In this document: positions 6,843 to 10,428 of the stretch, in pieces
Layout of the letters: every line of letters starts with the position of its first letter
How positions within the stretch are numbered: position 1 is the stretch's first letter
Origin: a virus
Strand: one strand, 5' to 3'
DNA length: 10,428 nt
IMG/VR virus record: IMGVR_UViG_3300037245_003639
The notes under the pieces: generated by a model
What the model saw: the letters and a program-made list of their open reading frames with translations, nothing else
What the model was told of the DNA's origin: nothing
Database searches by the model: none
Made by a program: the position numbers and the translations under genes

Positions 6843-8057
6843 TTAAGACCAAGCAGGATAAGCGCAGGACGTTGGGCTACCTGACTGGTCAGCGATAGCC
6901 TCGTAGTTGAATTGGTCGTTGCCCATGGCCAGATAATTGACCGTGGTCGTGTACAAATCATTAGTCAACGACATTTCTTCAATACGGAACACAACACCTG
7001 TCAAACGGCGACCAAAGATCGGATCTACCGGCCAGTCTGCGATGCCCGCTCGCCAATCTCGGGAATCAAATGAAGGACGAACACCCGGAACGACAACATC
7101 CGGCAATGTATCTTCACCGATAAAGAAGGCAAAGCGAATTTCGTTCTTCTCTGTGAAGCGGTCCTGGTTACTTTCAGCCAACTCACGCAACCTATTTTGA
7201 AGGCCCATCAACTGGAAACTGCCAGTCACTTCACGTTTCCCAACGTTGATATCAATTGGGAAGAGCGAACCCTGCATGCCATAGAACCGATCAGCGTTAT
7301 TGTTGATTTCAAGATTAAACTCTTGAACCTGGTTCGAGTAGAATAGGTCATGACCCTGACCACCATAGCAGCCCTGAATACCATTGACTGTAAAGTCATT
7401 CCATGTCAAAACACGGGCAGGTGACAAGAATTCACTAATCTCAGGTTCTGCCAAAGGATCATTTGGACGAATACGAGTGCGAGCGATTACGTTTACATCG
7501 AAGGTGATTGCCTCTTGCTGGGTTACAGTGAAACCTAAAGTATTCACAACAGCAGAGTCAAACGTAAACGCTGAGTGGTTAGCATACCGAACGTCTAATT
7601 GCATATCGTCAAATAGCAAACGACCATGGTTTCCACGGGCTGTAGTCCAGCACCAAAGGTTATTCAGAATACCACCGGCAGTCGTAAGATCAGCGACTTC
7701 GGGACAGCCACATGCGCTGCCAATACAATAAAGGTCAGGATCATCTACATCAGCCACGATAGGCAGACTAAGAGTTCCTTCGACAAGCTTCGGTCCCAAC
7801 TGATAGACCGTCTTATCGATACGGCCATCAATGACATCTGGGAGTGTGATTTCTTGAGAAAGGTTGATATCAGCGGATGTGACACGGAGAATATTGTTAG
7901 CACCCAGCTTATTACTCCGCATAATAACGAAGCCGACCCATCCCATGTTTGCAAAATGCCCCGTAAGGTCTGGATTGGAATTAGGGAAGGCGGTTACCGT
8001 CTGATCCGTTGAGGTCAGCCCTTCGCAAGTTGAGATTGCACCTGCTGAACAAGGCAT
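6843..8057 (-). CDS. Major virion structural protein, 404 aa. Candidate major capsid protein, or tail sheath if the module is P2-like (sheath, tube, small proteins, TMP). Not resolvable from sequence alone.
   Basis: ATG 8057..8055 has SD GGAGA plus a 6-nt spacer. The protein is Gly/Thr/Asn/Asp-rich and looks beta-rich. It is followed by the strongest hairpin in the window, typical of the most abundantly expressed structural gene. It contains 8 Cys, including C-x7-C and C-x4-C-x-C clusters. Confidence 0.55.
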   Translation of the reverse strand: MPCSAGAISTCEGLTSTDQTVTAFPNSNPDLTGHFANMGWVGFVIMRSNKLGANNILRVTSADINLSQEITLPDVIDGRIDKTVYQLGPKLVEGTLSLPIVADVDDPDLYCIGSACGCPEVADLTTAGGILNNLWCWTTARGNHGRLLFDDMQLDVRYANHSAFTFDSAVVNTLGFTVTQQEAITFDVNVIARTRIRPNDPLAEPEISEFLSPARVLTWNDFTVNGIQGCYGGQGHDLFYSNQVQEFNLEINNNADRFYGMQGSLFPIDINVGKREVTGSFQLMGLQNRLRELAESNQDRFTEKNEIRFAFFIGEDTLPDVVVPGVRPSFDSRDWRAGIADWPVDPIFGRRLTGVVFRIEEMSLTNDLYTTTVNYLAMGNDQFNYEAIADQSGSPTSCAYPAWS

Positions 8058-8070
8058 AGTTTTCTCCTAC

Positions 8071-8553
8071 CTAAGAGATTCTCGAACTGGTAATCGGGTA
8101 GCCAGCTTGACTAGAAATATCGGCAAATTCCTGCGGCACAGTGATTTTGACATCCTGGCTGTCATTGTAACGACCGTAAATATCTGGATCGGTATCTTCA
8201 TCTGTTACCCCGGGAACATATCCGTCACTTCCAGAGCTGTCTGACTCCAACCAATAGTTAATGTTGGTGTATCTTGTTGCGTTATCCTGAGTACGGGCTT
8301 TCGAAAGAACATGAGCCTGTAGCGAGCCTATAGCGCCAACGACCGCAGCGGGCGTCTGAGTATACAACGCCTGCACAGCCGTATACGCCGTATAAAATGG
8401 CTGCAAGAGGTCAAGCTCAGGATCGAAAACCTGCATTAGGACGATCTCATATGCCGCATCGTAATAGTAGTCGGCCACACCCGCTATCTGAATCTGCGCG
8501 TTAGCGTAGAGAGTAGAAATCGTCTCGTACTGTGATGATTTGATGGCTGCCAT
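8071..8553 (-). CDS. 160-aa acidic protein (Tyr/Asp-rich), hypothetical. It is co-transcribed between the glycosyltransferase and the major structural protein.
   Basis: ATG 8553..8551 has SD AAGGAGA (TAAGGAGAGACTGATG), and the previous stop is embedded in that SD. Its own stop TAG is embedded in the next SD (TAGGTAGGAGAAAACTATG). Confidence 0.6.
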   Translation of the reverse strand: MAAIKSSQYETISTLYANAQIQIAGVADYYYDAAYEIVLMQVFDPELDLLQPFYTAYTAVQALYTQTPAAVVGAIGSLQAHVLSKARTQDNATRYTNINYWLESDSSGSDGYVPGVTDEDTDPDIYGRYNDSQDVKITVPQEFADISSQAGYPITSSRIS

Positions 8554-8563
8554 CAGTCTCTCC

Positions 8564-9811
8564 TTACAGCGTTTCTAGTGAAAGCACTTCGTTTGAAGTC
8601 TCCAACGTTTTGATCATCTTCGCCAGAACTTCTATAAACGCCTGCTTGCTGTCCTGTTTTGAAAATACGGAGAGTTCTTCTCTGTATCCTTCCATCTTTT
8701 CGCGATTTTTGTGCATCCATAATAATCTCTTCTTTAACCCTACAGGATTAGATACTGTGAGATATGTCTCACCTACTGTCATTAGTTTGATACCGGGAAC
8801 CAGCAGAGAATCCCTGCTAAATTCCGTTATCTCTTTCTTTTCGAGCTTTTCAACCAAATCCCTGTTCGAACCACAGTCGCTCATGATAGGAAAACAGCCC
8901 GATGCCATTGCCTCCCAGACCGACATAGAAGTTGCGGAAACCAATGGTATTGATACAAAAACATCCGCTTTAGCATATTCCTCGGCCAATTCGTCAGTTG
9001 AGATGCCCTCTACCAGAGACACAAATTTGTCAGGGAAGCGAATAAACTCATTATCAGGGTCAAATCTTTTACGAACAGTTTCAAGATTGTATTCTCCTTG
9101 GTCACAAATATTAGCGTGAATGTATAGCTCAAGTTCAGGTATCGCCTGTCGCAATTCGGAACATACTTCCATTATCATCGGAAGGTTGTCCGCTTGAGAC
9201 GATTTGCCTAGTGCCATCACTCGGAATTTATTCAGGTCTCGCTTTTCTTCTCTGAAAAATCGCTCATCACAATCAACAAAACTAGCCTCTATATAGGGCT
9301 TCTGAAAAAACTGTTCAATCTCATCACGAGCTAAGTGACTTGCACACAGAACTCCATCCATGTAATCCATAAGTTCAGATAATTCATCCGAAATCGGATA
9401 TTGGGATTGAGCCAGCACGGCCATCCATTTGAATGGTTTAGAAACGAACGTTTTGACAGCTTTCATAAACGCTGCTTCTACCAAATTTCCGATGGTAATT
9501 ACAATATCAGGCTCTAGTAGATTGATAGCCTCATAGATAGGCACAGGATCTGAAAGCCCCTTCAAAAGAGGCATCACCGGAATCTTGTATTCACGAGGAC
9601 TTATTGGTCCATCTGTATCATTAGGCGAGATGGCCTCAAAGCAGTAGTAATATTGTTCATCAACATCTGGGACATGATACGAAATATCATGAGCCCAAGA
9701 AAGACTTATGACAGAGTGTCCTTCAAACAAAAAATGCTTCAGCATTGAAGCGTGAAGCCGACTAACAGATGTAGTGTTATACGGCGACATTCCAATCGTT
9801 ATCACTTTCAC
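8564..9811 (-). CDS. GT-B fold glycosyltransferase, GT4/GT1-like (415 aa), GTG start
   Basis: The N-terminus MKVITIGMSPYNTTSVSRLHASMLKHFLFEGHSVISLS fits the first Rossmann domain pattern of GT-B enzymes (MKI..I.....GG......L...L...GH.V.V). The C-terminal region ...ADVFVSIPLVSATSMSVWEAMASGCFPIMSDCGSNRDLV matches the conserved donor-binding helix (S.xEgfg...lEAMAxGxPvIat..gg..e.v) of retaining GT4 enzymes. GTG 9811..9809 has SD AGGAGA plus a 6-nt spacer, whereas the first in-frame ATG (codon 8) has no SD. Confidence 0.6.
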   Translation of the reverse strand: MKVITIGMSPYNTTSVSRLHASMLKHFLFEGHSVISLSWAHDISYHVPDVDEQYYYCFEAISPNDTDGPISPREYKIPVMPLLKGLSDPVPIYEAINLLEPDIVITIGNLVEAAFMKAVKTFVSKPFKWMAVLAQSQYPISDELSELMDYMDGVLCASHLARDEIEQFFQKPYIEASFVDCDERFFREEKRDLNKFRVMALGKSSQADNLPMIMEVCSELRQAIPELELYIHANICDQGEYNLETVRKRFDPDNEFIRFPDKFVSLVEGISTDELAEEYAKADVFVSIPLVSATSMSVWEAMASGCFPIMSDCGSNRDLVEKLEKKEITEFSRDSLLVPGIKLMTVGETYLTVSNPVGLKKRLLWMHKNREKMEGYREELSVFSKQDSKQAFIEVLAKMIKTLETSNEVLSLETL

Positions 9812-9821
9812 ACTCAGTCTC

Positions 9822-10428
9822 CTAAAAAGTCAAAGGGTCAACATAAGGAACAAGGCGTCTAACCTCTTCTTCGGCGGTATATGAAATCTGAGCCGCTTTG
9901 AGCATTGTTCCTTTATTTACAGTTCCATAATTAGTTGTGTGTGGTATCGCATTAAAAAAGTGACGTTGCGGCATAATCACCGTATCACCAACAGAGAAAC
10001 TTTGGGCCAATGGCCTGAGTAATTGCAGAGTTCCCCCACCCATATCTTCGATAACACGATTGGGGATTAGGTGATCTTCGCTTTCCAGGAAAATCCAACT
10101 GCCATGCGTGCAGGATGTAAAATCAGGATCGGTTACTTGAATTGTCGATTCACCAGCCGCAGCATCCTCAATAAGAGTTGTGCTGAAATAAGGTTGGACC
10201 AAAGGATATAATGAACGAAACAAAGACCTGCGGATCGCTTTTACATAAGCGTGCATTAGTGCATACTGGGATTCGTAATAGGCTAATCCGTCGATATAGA
10301 CTGTGATATCGATCTCAAATTTCTCTCTGGTGGATTCGAGTGTCAACCATTCGCTGCTTAGACTCTTGGCATCTACAGTAATAGCGGGGTACTGCTGGAT
10401 AACAGCAGGGTCTCCCAAGTAAACTGCC
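9822..10428 (-). CDS. 3' portion (>=202 codons) of a gene whose start lies beyond the window end. Hypothetical.
   Basis: The frame is open from the window edge. The M at 10418 in the ORF track is actually a TTG codon, and the reading frame continues upstream (...AVYLGDPAVIQQ...). Stop TAG 9824..9822 is fused to the glycosyltransferase SD (TAGGAGACTGAGTGTG). Confidence 0.55.
   Translation of the reverse strand, partial: AVYLGDPAVIQQYPAITVDAKSLSSEWLTLESTREKFEIDITVYIDGLAYYESQYALMHAYVKAIRRSLFRSLYPLVQPYFSTTLIEDAAAGESTIQVTDPDFTSCTHGSWIFLESEDHLIPNRVIEDMGGGTLQLLRPLAQSFSVGDTVIMPQRHFFNAIPHTTNYGTVNKGTMLKAAQISYTAEEEVRRLVPYVDPLTF

Noticed and set aside
6937-8012. ORFs overlapping the 404-aa gene (6937..7200 +, 7384..7731 +, 7626..8012 +, 7745..7954 -, 6761..6961 -)
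   Set aside because: They are nested in or antisense to a well-supported gene, with no start signals.
8864-8872. tRNA T-loop-like GTTCGAACC motif
   Set aside because: It lies inside the uninterrupted glycosyltransferase reading frame with no flanking acceptor or anticodon stem complementarity. It is a coincidental match.
8610-9119. 169-aa plus-strand ORF antisense to the glycosyltransferase gene
   Set aside because: It is a shadow ORF inside a gene with recognisable GT-B motifs.

Overview
This window reads as one leftward (minus-strand) late-morphogenesis operon of a long-tailed phage or prophage. Nearly every junction is tight, with the stop codon embedded in the next Shine-Dalgarno (TAGGAG / TAAGGAG). 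In transcription order, from high to low coordinates:

- The 3' end of an unknown gene (10428..9822).
- A GTG-initiated GT-B fold glycosyltransferase (9811..8564).
- A 160-aa unknown protein (8553..8071).
- A 404-aa Cys-containing major structural protein (8057..6843), followed by a perfect GC-rich hairpin with a C(UUCG)G tetraloop plus a pyrimidine tract, which is a candidate intrinsic terminator or attenuator.
- An exact TATAAT and an AGGAGG RBS for a 174-aa protein (6734..6210), then small 79-aa and 123-aa proteins.
- A 349-nt gap that is non-coding on the minus strand. It carries an opposite-strand (plus) 107-aa three-TM membrane protein with its own TTGACA-15-TATATT promoter, which I read as a moron.
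- An Arg/Gly-rich protein with a Cys4 cluster (5164/5110..4448) whose stop overlaps the start (TAATG) of a 1278-aa tape measure protein (4448..612). The TMP contains a (GGCAGC)n / 9-mer microsatellite encoding a poly-Ala/Pro tract.
- The 5' ~200 codons of a further structural gene (605..1).

No tRNA, CRISPR, IS element or integrase was seen. The main points of interest are the glycosyltransferase inside the virion module, the antisense membrane-protein moron, the Zn-ribbon-like protein in the tail-chaperone position (no -1 frameshift pair detectable), and the terminator / CU-tract / promoter cassette after the major structural gene. Functional calls other than the TMP and the GT fold come from composition, motifs and synteny only.
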